From NCBI GenBank assembly GCA_035650735.1, contig DASRGZ010000143.1:56266-76265 (forward strand): a stretch of DNA of 20,000 nt, in the 5' to 3' direction. Under the pieces are notes generated by a model, which searched no databases, was not told the DNA's origin, and saw only the letters and a program-made list of their open reading frames with translations. The DNA is from Chthonomonadaceae bacterium. Lineage in GTDB: Bacteria; Armatimonadota; Chthonomonadetes; Chthonomonadales; Chthonomonadaceae. A program made the translations under genes and the position numbers. Below, piece by piece: positions 9,101 through 18,090 of this stretch; the stretch's first letter is position 1, and each line of letters begins with the position of its first letter.

Positions 9101-9662
9101 GGCTCGCCTCGCCTTAGCCCGCACGGGGCCGGTGCGCCACGTCGGAACGGCGCTCATCGTCACCGAAGACGTAACCGGGGCCGACAGCATCCGCGCTGCC
9201 TTCGGCGGGGGCGACGCGGCCACGCGCGCGCGGGTGGAGAAAGCCGCCGAAGACCACGTGATCCGCCACCTGGTCGAAAAAGAGGGCTTCCTAGAGGCGG
9301 ATTGCGTGCGGGTGGGCCATGTGCGGATCGCGGGAAACACGCGCGAGGGCTTCGACATCCGAGCGGTCAAGGTCATTGACCACGCCACCGGGCAGATGGA
9401 AGTCCGGCGCATTGAAGTGAAGGGACGGCAGCGCGGCGGGAGCATCGTCCTGACGACGAACGAGTGGTACAAAGCCCAGCAGCTTGGCCCTTCTTACTGG
9501 CTCTACGTGGTCTGGAACCCGCTCGGCCCGGATGCGGAGGTATCCATCATCCAGAACCCGGCCCAACGGCTGGAGCACGCCAAGCGGGAGGTCATCGCGG
9601 CCCGCTACTTCGAGATCGAGGCCGACGCCCTGAAAACCGCCGCGCAGGGAGCAGGGGAATAA
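6120..9662 (+). CDS. SNF2-family helicase with C-terminal DUF3883-like PD-(D/E)XK nuclease (1180 aa)
   Basis: LADDPGAGKT (I), VIDEAH (II), LTATPH (III), TEAAGEGINLQ (V), EQRLGRIHRIGQ (VI). C-terminal GFDI...IEVKG...LTTNEW...YWLYVV. Start placed at ATG 6120 after AGGTGA. Confidence 0.93.
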   Translation: MPDNILLSLVGQRVPLPGHFDVPVLLEHVRPLATGFECRVRLPDGRLEEAVLSSSEAQALAGRSAVPTQSACPAQAEQLRLLIESARIRLAYAHDPQFAVSLSGIRTLPHQIEAVYQKMLPQPRLRFLLADDPGAGKTIMTGLLIKEMKLREAIERVLILCPAPLTIQWQDEMLRWFDEPFDILFAAVDQQQLTDPWQRCSQVIASLDYAKQEEVRERVWQQRWDLVVIDEAHKCSAYTKSQSGRNPEAEETKRYQLAKKLTALADHVVLLTATPHHGDEDRFAHFVRLIDPDLFPEPHRLGHQAQEIRKSVFRLGAECPWALRRMKEDLRDLNGRRLFPDRHALTVAFTLNRAEYALYKAVTAYINEFIPQQTGQRRSSAALARTVLQRRLASSTAAIHESLKRRLEKQRNLLEELESLTPTQRARRLARTQGRLPDAEQEEDDLDEAARDVVVDEYTAAQELDQMRREVAVLKELAEQARQVREQASDSKLAALKKCLSHSQFADLKDGRGKLLLFTEHKDTLDAVREVLHRWGYSTCAIHGGMNPHERKQAQEEFRTSAQMCVATEAAGEGINLQFCHLMINYDLPWNPTRLEQRLGRIHRIGQERDVYAFNFVATESEEGQPVIEGAILSRLLWKLDQMRDALGDRVFDVVGEVLSRNDVNLPEMLREVAHDPRRLDEYMEQIDRIDPERLRQYEEATGIALARATVDFSGFQARNLEVEERRLMPRYVEAQFLAAAREVGLKVETRADGLLRIEHVLADLRSERLASVRKLGKPAVSYRKATFQKETLEQDAHMDAVLLGPGHPLYGAVDERLNEKLAPLVGGIALYLDPLAAGPYRLHFFEIAIRGKNTKGEDVPLYGELVAVREETRQDGTAAFEVVPSDVLMNLPPLPNPPDSVPIVDVQPASDYLKSTYQIECRVRCQQEREHFASVCRKYLLESFGARIRKTQDRVMQLMARERESADMALARQRAEQDLADLERTRQERLSGLARLALARTGPVRHVGTALIVTEDVTGADSIRAAFGGGDAATRARVEKAAEDHVIRHLVEKEGFLEADCVRVGHVRIAGNTREGFDIRAVKVIDHATGQMEVRRIEVKGRQRGGSIVLTTNEWYKAQQLGPSYWLYVVWNPLGPDAEVSIIQNPAQRLEHAKREVIAARYFEIEADALKTAAQGAGE

Positions 9663-9712
9663 CGCATCCATCGTGGTTATCGAGGGGGTAATAACGCCGG
9701 GAGGAAGCGTGC

Positions 9713-10804
9713 GTGAGCGAAGAACTACAGCCCGTCTCGGAAGCGCAGGCGCTCGCCGACCTGAGCAGCGGCATTGCGCTCCTTCTGGAGGAGGCCCGCC
9801 GGCGGGCCGCCCGCTCCGTCAACGCGATCATGACCGCGACCTACTGGGAGATCGGGCGGCGCATCGTCGAGTTTGAGCCGGGCGGCCAGGGGCGCGCGGA
9901 CTATGGGGAGCAGATCATCGAACGGCTGTCCAAAGACCTGACGGCCCGGTTTGGACGCGGATTCGGACGGAGTAATCTGTTCCAGATGAGGGCTTTTTAT
10001 CGAGCCTATGCGCAGATTGTCCAGACAGTGTCTGGACAATTCGACCTATCCGAGGTGGCTACCGCCTTCCCGCTCTCCTGGTCGCACTACGTCCGACTGC
10101 TCTCTCTTCGGGACGAGTACGCCCGCCGCTTCTACGAAACGGAGGCTCTGCGGGGCGGATGGTCGCTGCGGCAACTGGATCGGCAGATCAACTCCCTGTT
10201 CTATGAGCGCACCGCCCTCTCCCGGAATAAGGCCGCCATGCTGACGCAGGGCACGAAAGCAAAGTCCGAAGACGCTATGACCCCGGAGGAGGAGATCAAA
10301 AGCCCCTATGTGCTGGAGTTCCTGGGGCTGAAGGACGAGTATTCTGAGGCTCAACTGGAAGAGGCGTTGATCCGCCACCTGGAGGGTTTCCTGCTGGAAC
10401 TGGGCAACGACTTCACTTTCGTTGCGCGGCAGAAGCGCATCCGGGCCGGCGATGACTGGTATCGCATGGACTTACTGTTCTACCATCGCCGCCTGCGCTG
10501 CCTGGTCATCATTGACCTGAAGATCGGCAGACTGGATCACGCCGACGTGGGGCAGATGAATCTCTACATCAACTACGCCTATGACCATCTGACGCTGCCC
10601 GATGAGAACCCGCCTGTCGGCCTCATCCTCTGTTCGGAACCCAACGCAGCGGTAGCGCAGTATGCGATGAACCGCCTGATGAATACGGTGCTGGCGGCAG
10701 AGTACCGCACGGTGCTGCCCGACCCGGCGCAATTGGAAGCGGAACTGGCGGAGACCCGGCGAATGCTGGAATCGCCCAACCGCAAAAGGAATCCAGATGC
10801 CTGA
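9713..10804 (+). CDS. yhcG: YhcG/DUF1016-family PD-(D/E)XK nuclease
   Basis: YWEIGRRIVE, LSWSHY, KSPYVLEFL, FLLELGNDFTFVARQKR, DLLFYHRRLRCLVIIDLK, GQMNLY, ENPPVGLILC. GTG start after GGAGG; 3' end overlaps the methylase start. Confidence 0.93.
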   Translation: MSEELQPVSEAQALADLSSGIALLLEEARRRAARSVNAIMTATYWEIGRRIVEFEPGGQGRADYGEQIIERLSKDLTARFGRGFGRSNLFQMRAFYRAYAQIVQTVSGQFDLSEVATAFPLSWSHYVRLLSLRDEYARRFYETEALRGGWSLRQLDRQINSLFYERTALSRNKAAMLTQGTKAKSEDAMTPEEEIKSPYVLEFLGLKDEYSEAQLEEALIRHLEGFLLELGNDFTFVARQKRIRAGDDWYRMDLLFYHRRLRCLVIIDLKIGRLDHADVGQMNLYINYAYDHLTLPDENPPVGLILCSEPNAAVAQYAMNRLMNTVLAAEYRTVLPDPAQLEAELAETRRMLESPNRKRNPDA

Positions 10805-13689
10805 TAACGACCGCCGACTTATTGAGGACTACCTGCCCATCGAGGCCATCAGCGCAGAAGCGTCCAGAGAGAAATCCGTCCGTAAGGGCCATATCTCCAC
10901 GCTGCACCTCTGGTGGGCGCGACGACCGCTCGTCGCGTGCCGGGCCGCCGTCTATGGGGCGCTGGTTCCCGCCGACCGTTTCAAGAGCCGCAAGGCTGCC
11001 GAGAAGTTTGTCACGGCGCTGTGCAAGTACCCTGGCGACCCGCGCACCATCGCGGAGGCCGAGCGGCACATCCTGGAAGCGCACGCCGAGCGACTGACGC
11101 GGGAGACGGGCCAGGTCGTCACCGTCGAGGACATTGTGGCAGGCCGCGCTCCCAGGCCGAAGGTGCTGGACATGTTCGCGGGCGGTGGGGCCATCCCCCT
11201 GGAGGCGCTGCGCCTGGGCTGCGACGCCTACGCCCTCGACCTGAATCCCGTCGCGCATATCATTGAACTCTGCACGCTCGTCTACCCGCAGAAGTACGGC
11301 AAGCCGGACAAGAACGCGAAGGGCTGTGCGCAGGACGGGACGTGGGCGGGCCTGGCGGCGGAGGTGGAGCACTGGGGCAAGTGGGTCTTGGAGAAGGTGA
11401 AGGCGGAGATAGGCGACCTCTACCCACCGATCCCTGACCCGGAAAACCCGCCCGTCGAATTAGCCCCACGCCCGCAGTTGGTGATGGAGGAAGAGGACTT
11501 CCCGCCACCCAAGCAACTCTCCCTCAAAGCCGGGTCGGGCTGGTTGACACCGGTAGCCTATCTGTGGACGCGCACGGTGCGCTGCAAGAATCGGGCGTGC
11601 GGCGCGACAGTGCCGTTGGTACGGCAGACCTGGCTCTGCAAAAAGACAGGGCGCTATGTCGCGCTGAAAATGGCCGCGCCAAAGGGCGCGAAGCGCGTCC
11701 GGTTCGAGGTCGTGGAGGCGGACACGGAGCAGGCGCTTGGTTTCGATCCGGCGGGGTTCAGCAAGAGAGGTAATGCAGCCTGTCCCTTCTGCGGTACGGT
11801 AGCCGAAAGCGGCTACGTGAAGGCGGAGGGCTGCGCCGGGCGCATGGAGCAGCAAATGATGGCGGTTGTCTGCACGCGCCCCGGCAAGCAGGGAAGAGTT
11901 TACCTTTCCGCCGAAGGTCTAACGAGTTTTATTCCCGATGACGCTGCAATCCGGCAGCGAGTCGAGGAGTTTTGTGCGCGGACAGGGTTGACCGTGCCTT
12001 ATGAATCTATCTATAACGATGCGAAGAACGCCAATTTCTGCGTACTGTATGGCCTGACTCAGTTCAGTTCTCTTTTTTCTCCGCGTCAGATGCTCTGCCT
12101 GCTGACCTTCGCCGCTGGTGTGAGACATGCGAATACCGAGATGCTCCGCGAGGGTTACAATGCAGAACACGCGAAAGCGGTTCTCACGTTCCTCGGCTTG
12201 CTAGTAGACCGACTTGCCGACTACAACTCTGCGCTCTGTCACTGGCAGAATACAAGGGAAATAATCGGTCATACGTTCGGTCGGCAAGCGTTGCCGATGG
12301 TCTGGGACTTCACGGAACTGGCTCCGTTTGGTGAAGCGTCTGGCAGCCCGCAGGGAGCCATTGCCTGGCTTAGTGGGTACGCGGCAGCGGAGCAGGATTC
12401 CGGTGCGCCTGCGACTGTCGTACGTGGCTCGGCCACCGCGCTGCCCTGGCCCGATGCCACCTTTGATGCGGTCATTACTGATCCACCGTATTATGACAAC
12501 GTTCCATATGCGAACGAATCAGATTTCTTTTATGTTTGGCTCAAGCGCACCATCGGACTGCATTATCCAGAACATTTCTCCTCCGAGGGATCACCTAAGA
12601 AGCGAGAAGCGGTCGCAGATGCTTTACGGCATGGAGGAGATAAGAGAAAGGCTAACGCGGCTTACGAGAGCATGATGGCCCAAGCGTTCAGCGAGGCATA
12701 TCGCGTTACAAAGCCTGGTGGTCAGTTGAATATCGTTTATGCCCACAAGACAACGCTCGGCTGGGCTACTCTCGTGGACGCGCTGCGTCGGGCTGGTTTC
12801 ACCGTTACCGAAGCCTGGCCCCTTGATACCGAGATGAAAACCCGGCTGCGCGGCATGGAGTCAGCGGCTCTCGCCTCCAGCATCTTCTTGGTTGCCCGAA
12901 AGCGCGACGGTCGGCTTCTACGAGGAGGACGTTCAGCCGGAACTAGAGCGCATCGTTCGGGAGCGGGTAGATACGCTCTGGGAGCAGGGCATTGCTGGAG
13001 CCGATCTGGTCATCGCCGCCATCGGTGCGGGACTGCGGGCCTTCACGCGCTACGCCTCCGTCGAGTACGCCAACGGCGAGGAGGTTCCCGCCGAGAAGTT
13101 CCTGGCTGAAGTTGAAGGCGTCGTGCTGGAGACGCTGCTGGAGAAGATATTCAACGTGCCGCGCTCCGGCGTGGCGGCGGTGGACGGGCCGAGCCGATTC
13201 TACACTCTCTGGCGCTACACCTACCGGAGCGGCGAACTGGACGCGGGCGAGGCCATCGTCTTCTCCTACGCGCAGCACGTCGAATTGGACGGCCCGCGTG
13301 GGCTGACGGCGGGCAGCCGCGCCCTGGTGAAGAAGACGAAGGGCAAGTACAGCCTGCTCGACTACACGGAGCGCGGCCAGGACGAGAAACTGGGACTGCC
13401 TGCGCCGGACGGCACAACCGCGCCTCTGATTGACGTGTTGCACCGTGCTCTCTGGCTGATGGAGAATGAGCCGCGCAAACTCAAGGAGTTCCTCGACGAA
13501 GCCCATCCCGACCGCGAGCGGCTGCGCTTGCTGGCTCAGGCGCTCTCCGGGGCCGGTCTCAAGGGCACGGAGGCGGAAGGAACCCGCAACCTGATTGCCA
13601 CCACCACATCGGAGCAGTCCACGCTCGCCAAACTGGTAGCAAACTGGCGCACACTGGTCGCCGACAGCCTGTTCAGCGACGGAAGATAA
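10797..13689 (+). pseudogene. DUF1156-family DNA adenine methyltransferase, split by a +1 frameshift near 12905
   Basis: N-terminal LHLWWARRPL, motif I VLDMFAGGG, two Cys pairs (CKNRAC, CPFC), catalytic TDPPYY. After SIFLVARKR the protein-like sequence continues in the +1 frame (ORF 12892-13689); joined product is about 965 aa. Confidence 0.88.
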
Positions 13690-13702
13690 GAGGAGGAAGC
13701 CC

Positions 13703-16585
13703 ATGAACATTATGGCACTGCGCCCCTGGACAGACATGGTGACGCTCCACCCGGACGTAGAGGCTGGAGCGCTCACCGAGGCTATCTTCGCTATTGACCT
13801 GGGCGCGATTGCCGCCCGCGACCCCAATGTTCCGGCAGTCAACCGCACCCCAGAGGCTTTCTTCCGCGCCACGCACATCACCGCCGACCTGGGCCGATTG
13901 CTGGAGGAGGTACTGGCCTCCCTCGCCGGAGAGCCAGGCTACAACCGTGTGCTGAAACTGCGCACGCCCTTCGGGGGCGGCAAGTCGCATACGCTGGCGG
14001 CCTTGCTGCACGCCGCCCGCGACCGGGCGGCCCTCAACGTCGTGACTGGCGCAGAGCGTTTTGCTGATCCCGGCCAGGTGCGTGTGGCCGTCTTCGACGG
14101 GGAGAAGTTTGGAGCGCTGGAGCCGACACCGCTGCCCAACGGCCAGGCCGTGCAGACGATGTGGGGCTGGCTGGCCTGGCAGATAGGCGGCGAGAAGGCG
14201 CGGGCGCTCGTCGCGGAGAATGACCGCAACCGCACCGCGCCGGGCGGCGACCTGATCCACCGTCTGCTGACGGAAGGGGCGGACGGACGCCCGGTGCTCC
14301 TGCTGCTGGATGAGGTGCTGAAGTACATGGAGCGGGCCGCCTCGGTGGCCGTTCTCGACTCCACGCTGGCGCGGCAGGCGAAGGACTTCTTCCAGAACCT
14401 GACGGTCGAGGTCGCCAAGACCACCCACGCCGTGATGGTCTACTCGCTGCAATGGAGCGCACGGGAGGCCCTGGGCAACATGGCTCTCCTTGACGAACTG
14501 GATAAACTGGCCTCGCGGGTGGATCAACTGCGGGAGCCGGTCTCCGGCGACGAGGTATTACCCATCCTACAGCGCCGTCTGCTTGGCGGCAAGCCGGACG
14601 AGGCGACGGCCTCCGACGTGGGAGCGGCATACGAGGAGGTCGTGACCACTATGCGCCGGGCCTATGCTGACAACACGACCGAGCGGCAGATGGCCGAGGA
14701 GGAAGGTATCCTCCTACGGGAGCGGTTTAAGGCCGCCTATCCGTTCCATCCGGCCCTCATAGACGCCATGCGCGAGCGGTGGACTGCGGTGGATGCCTTT
14801 CAACGCACACGCGGCTCGCTCCGGTTCCTGGGACAATGCCTCCACAGCCTCAAGAAGAACGGTGGCGCGCGGCCCCTGCTCGGCCCCGGCGACATTCCGC
14901 TCCGCGATCCGGAAGTGCGCCTGGCGATGCTCAAAGAGTTGAATGCCCAGAACGACTACGATCCGGTCGTCGCTGCCGACATCGAAGGGCCGAACGCCCG
15001 CGCCAGGCGCATTGACGACCGGCTGGCCCGCGAGACACCCGCTCTTGCCAGCGTCCGGCCCGCCACCCGGTTGGCGACGGCCATCTTTGTCTATTCCTTC
15101 GGCGGGCTGAAGCGGCAGGGAGAGACCGACGCGGAGGCGCTGCCGCCAGGGGTGACAGAAGCAGAACTGCTGGCCGCGTGCGTGGGGCCGGACTTAGACA
15201 GCATCACGGCGACGGCGGTGCTAGCCGACCTGCGGACATCCTGTCTGTACCTGCATTACGACGGTCTGCGCTACTGCTTCAAGAAAGACCCGAATGTCAC
15301 CAAGCTGGTCGAGGATGCCGAGCAGGAGGTGGCCCGCAATGCCGAGGAGGTCAGGGGCAAGATCAAGGAACTGCTGACGCAGCGCCTGGCAGGGCAACGG
15401 ACAGTGGTTGTCTGGCCTGCCAAGACCCAGGACGTGCCGGATAGGGAACCGGCATTCCTGCTTGGCTACCTGCCCCTGGAGTTCGCCGCCGCATCGAGCG
15501 CCGAGCAGGAGCGGCAGGCCATTGAGATGTTTACCAGGTATGGCGACCGCCCGCGCTCCTATCGTAACGGCATCGGGCTGGCGATCCCGGATAGGAAGCA
15601 GGTGGAGGCGCTGCGTCGGGCCGTGCGGTATCTGATGGCTTGCGACCGGGTGGAGGCCCGCAAGAGCCAACTGCGCCTCAGCAAAGACCTGCTGGATCAA
15701 CTCAAGGAGCGCAAGCGAACGGAGGAGGCAGCGGTCGAGGCCGCGTTTCGGGCGCTCTATACTGCTGTCTGGCTGCCTCGTGTGGAGGAGGGCGGTATCG
15801 GCATCGAGCGGGTCGAGGCGGCAGGCCGTCCCTTGCAGGCGACGGGCATCCACGAGCGCATGTTGGAACTGCTCACTGTCGTCGGTACGCCCAAAATGCA
15901 CCAGAGCGTGACACCCCGCAAGATCATCGAGCGCCTGCGCCTGCGCGAGACCGCCGAAGGCGAGGAGGCCGCCCGGCCTGGCGTTCGGGTGTCGGATGTG
16001 CGGGATGCCTTCTTCGCCGTTCTGGAGCCGCCCCGCCTGGACTCGCTCAACGCGCTGCGGAAGGCCATCGTGCGGGGTGTGCAGGAGGGTGCGTTCGGAT
16101 ACGCCAGCGGTTATGCGCCCAACTTGGGGACGGACGGACGCTATCAGCTTCCCCGCGAGCGGATCGCCTTCTGCCGCGCTCTGTCCGAGGATGAAGTGGA
16201 TTTCGACAGCGGCTTTCTGATGCTACCGGCGGCTATCCCGGAGGCAGTCCCGGTCGCGCCGACGCCGGAGCCATTTCCAGCGGGCGTGAGCGAAGGACTT
16301 GCCCCAACGTCTGGCGGCGTCAGCGCCCCGCCAACCCCTTCCGGCCCGGCCTCACCGCCCTCCACCGCAACGACCGGCGTGGTTAAGTTTGGTTTTGTGG
16401 CAACACGGGATCAGGTATTCCGGGCATTTCCGGCCATAGCGAATTTGGCGGAGAAGGCTGATGGCGGCAAGGTAGCTATCCAGGTAGAGGCGTCTGCCGC
16501 CGCAGGCTTTGATCCAGCGTGGTTGCGCAACGCCGTCGAAGAGCCGCTCGACGAGGCCGACATCGAACGCCTGGAAACGAATTAG
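13703..16585 (+). CDS. DUF499-family AAA+ ATPase (960 aa)
   Basis: N-terminal LRPW...LHPDV, EAFFRATHIT, Walker A LRTPFGGGKSH, Walker B LLLLDE, AYPFHP, FQRTRGSLR; AGGAGG SD. Pro-rich linker before a small C-terminal domain. Confidence 0.93.
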   Translation: MNIMALRPWTDMVTLHPDVEAGALTEAIFAIDLGAIAARDPNVPAVNRTPEAFFRATHITADLGRLLEEVLASLAGEPGYNRVLKLRTPFGGGKSHTLAALLHAARDRAALNVVTGAERFADPGQVRVAVFDGEKFGALEPTPLPNGQAVQTMWGWLAWQIGGEKARALVAENDRNRTAPGGDLIHRLLTEGADGRPVLLLLDEVLKYMERAASVAVLDSTLARQAKDFFQNLTVEVAKTTHAVMVYSLQWSAREALGNMALLDELDKLASRVDQLREPVSGDEVLPILQRRLLGGKPDEATASDVGAAYEEVVTTMRRAYADNTTERQMAEEEGILLRERFKAAYPFHPALIDAMRERWTAVDAFQRTRGSLRFLGQCLHSLKKNGGARPLLGPGDIPLRDPEVRLAMLKELNAQNDYDPVVAADIEGPNARARRIDDRLARETPALASVRPATRLATAIFVYSFGGLKRQGETDAEALPPGVTEAELLAACVGPDLDSITATAVLADLRTSCLYLHYDGLRYCFKKDPNVTKLVEDAEQEVARNAEEVRGKIKELLTQRLAGQRTVVVWPAKTQDVPDREPAFLLGYLPLEFAAASSAEQERQAIEMFTRYGDRPRSYRNGIGLAIPDRKQVEALRRAVRYLMACDRVEARKSQLRLSKDLLDQLKERKRTEEAAVEAAFRALYTAVWLPRVEEGGIGIERVEAAGRPLQATGIHERMLELLTVVGTPKMHQSVTPRKIIERLRLRETAEGEEAARPGVRVSDVRDAFFAVLEPPRLDSLNALRKAIVRGVQEGAFGYASGYAPNLGTDGRYQLPRERIAFCRALSEDEVDFDSGFLMLPAAIPEAVPVAPTPEPFPAGVSEGLAPTSGGVSAPPTPSGPASPPSTATTGVVKFGFVATRDQVFRAFPAIANLAEKADGGKVAIQVEASAAAGFDPAWLRNAVEEPLDEADIERLETN

Positions 16586-16656
16586 AGGGCGATCACGCTA
16601 CGATTGCCTGGTCTCCAGAAAGAGAAGAAGCACTGGGCTGGATGGAAAGGCTCGCC

Positions 16657-17259
16657 TCAAGGGTGATCTTCCAGCGTATCGGCCTCTGTGCTGGCATCGC
16701 TGGCAGCCTCGGCCTCGTGCTTTTCCAGAAACTTCTCCAGCGCATCGTTTAGCTGCCCGATGACAAACGTTCTGTCCAGGGCCAGTTCTGCGGCGGTAGG
16801 CGCTTCGGTGGGCGTGGTCGCTGTGAAGAGTCCGGGCCTGCTCTGCGGCGTGTCCACCAGGCGGCTGAGGTCGGCCAGGGTCGCGCGAAACTCGCGACCC
16901 AATAGAACGATGTCCACCTTGTTGGCGGGCAGGCGGGGCATGTCCTCGTAGCCCCGCACTTTGCCGGTCATGCGCTGCCAGAGGTCTTCGGCGTGCTGCG
17001 CCAGCGCCATAATGCGCCGGGCGCGCAGGGCCAACCCAACCTGCACGCTCTCTATGTCCAGGCGCTCCAGGGCTTGCTGCACCTTGCGCGACTGGCGATA
17101 GCGGTGGAGGGCTTGCCGAGAGATGGGCAGGTAGCCCTCCTGCTCCAGCGCCGCCTGTACCTGAGCGTTGCTGTCTCCAGCGAGGAGGCGCTGTCGGATC
17201 AGCTTCCTGGCAGCAGGAGGCAGCTTCGGGCCAGGACGGGAAGCGTCAAAATCAGTCAA
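16657..17259 (-). CDS. Putative phage small terminase subunit-like HTH protein (DUF3486/Mu gp27- or DUF2280-like)
   Basis: N-terminal KLPPAARKLIRQRL...VQAALEQEGYLPISRQALHRY resembles the HTH of those families; helical middle region; TTG start with GGAGG SD. Confidence 0.55.
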   Translation of the reverse strand: MTDFDASRPGPKLPPAARKLIRQRLLAGDSNAQVQAALEQEGYLPISRQALHRYRQSRKVQQALERLDIESVQVGLALRARRIMALAQHAEDLWQRMTGKVRGYEDMPRLPANKVDIVLLGREFRATLADLSRLVDTPQSRPGLFTATTPTEAPTAAELALDRTFVIGQLNDALEKFLEKHEAEAASDASTEADTLEDHP

Positions 17260-17272
17260 GATTCTGGCCTCC

Positions 17273-17551
17273 CTACCCGCCTAACGCGTTTGCTAAGCTA
17301 TCGAGATGCTGGTAGCGTTCGCGCGTCAGCCAGCCAGCATTGGCCCGCTCCACGTCCTGCGAAGAGAAGCCTGGCACCGTCTGGCCGCTCTCGCGCAGCT
17401 TGACAAGGCGATCCATCAGGTGGGTCGCTTGCTGGCGCGGCACGTAGGGGCTAACCGATACAGCCGGCGGCGCCGCCTTCTGCATAGCCGCCGCCTTCTC
17501 CAGCTTTTTGCGCTCCTTGAAGCGTTTGTAGGCTTGATCAAAGTGGCTCAT
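17273..17551 (-). CDS. Hypothetical basic protein (92 aa)
   Basis: GGAGG SD, tight operon spacing with both neighbours; no family recognised. Confidence 0.7.
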   Translation of the reverse strand: MSHFDQAYKRFKERKKLEKAAAMQKAAPPAVSVSPYVPRQQATHLMDRLVKLRESGQTVPGFSSQDVERANAGWLTRERYQHLDSLANALGG

Positions 17552-17571
17552 TGGCGTCTATCCTCCGTGAC

Positions 17572-18090
17572 TTATCGGGCCAACCACGTCGGCCCGCCCT
17601 GTAAAACCCAATCGGCAAGCGCCGCGTTAGCCTCGCCCACCGGCTGCGCTGGCTCGCCGCCCAGGGGCGTGTAGCTGATTTTCTTGCCGTCCACCGGGCG
17701 CAGGGCGTCCGCATCACCGACCCAGTAGGGCAGGTTGCTCTCCAGCCAGGCCAGAAGGACGGCGCGGGCTTTGCGCGCTCGGTTGACAGCGGCCTCTACC
17801 GCGCTCAAATCGCGTTGCAGGCGCGGTATCCAGCCGCTGGCCTGCTGGCGGCAGTTAGCGTAGAGCCTGACCGCCGCCGCCTCCTTCGCAGCGATCTCCT
17901 GGCGGGTGTTGGAGACGACGTAAGTCAAATGATCGCCGCCACCGCGTTGGCGGGCGAAGGCCCGCGCCGAAGCGTCCCCGTCCAGGCGGACGTCTCGCGT
18001 GTCGGAGTAGGTGCGCGCACAGCGGGCTTGAAGCGTCAATAGAGCCTCGGTAGCCTGCCTGTCGAGCGTCAAAATGCTCGTCATGGACAT
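17572..18090 (-). CDS. Hypothetical helical protein (172 aa)
   Basis: ATG directly follows the excisionase stop (TAG-ATG) with GGAGGG SD; no family recognised. Confidence 0.7.
   Translation of the reverse strand: MSMTSILTLDRQATEALLTLQARCARTYSDTRDVRLDGDASARAFARQRGGGDHLTYVVSNTRQEIAAKEAAAVRLYANCRQQASGWIPRLQRDLSAVEAAVNRARKARAVLLAWLESNLPYWVGDADALRPVDGKKISYTPLGGEPAQPVGEANAALADWVLQGGPTWLAR

Noticed and set aside
12897..12902. CGA-AAG shift-prone hexamer at the methylase break
   Set aside because: This motif promotes -1 frameshifting, but the downstream domain is in the +1 frame.
6120..16585. Canonical BREX, DISARM or type III RM assignment
   Set aside because: No PglZ, BrxL, DrmA/DrmB or Res-Mod pair; motifs fit DUF499/DUF1156/SNF2 instead.
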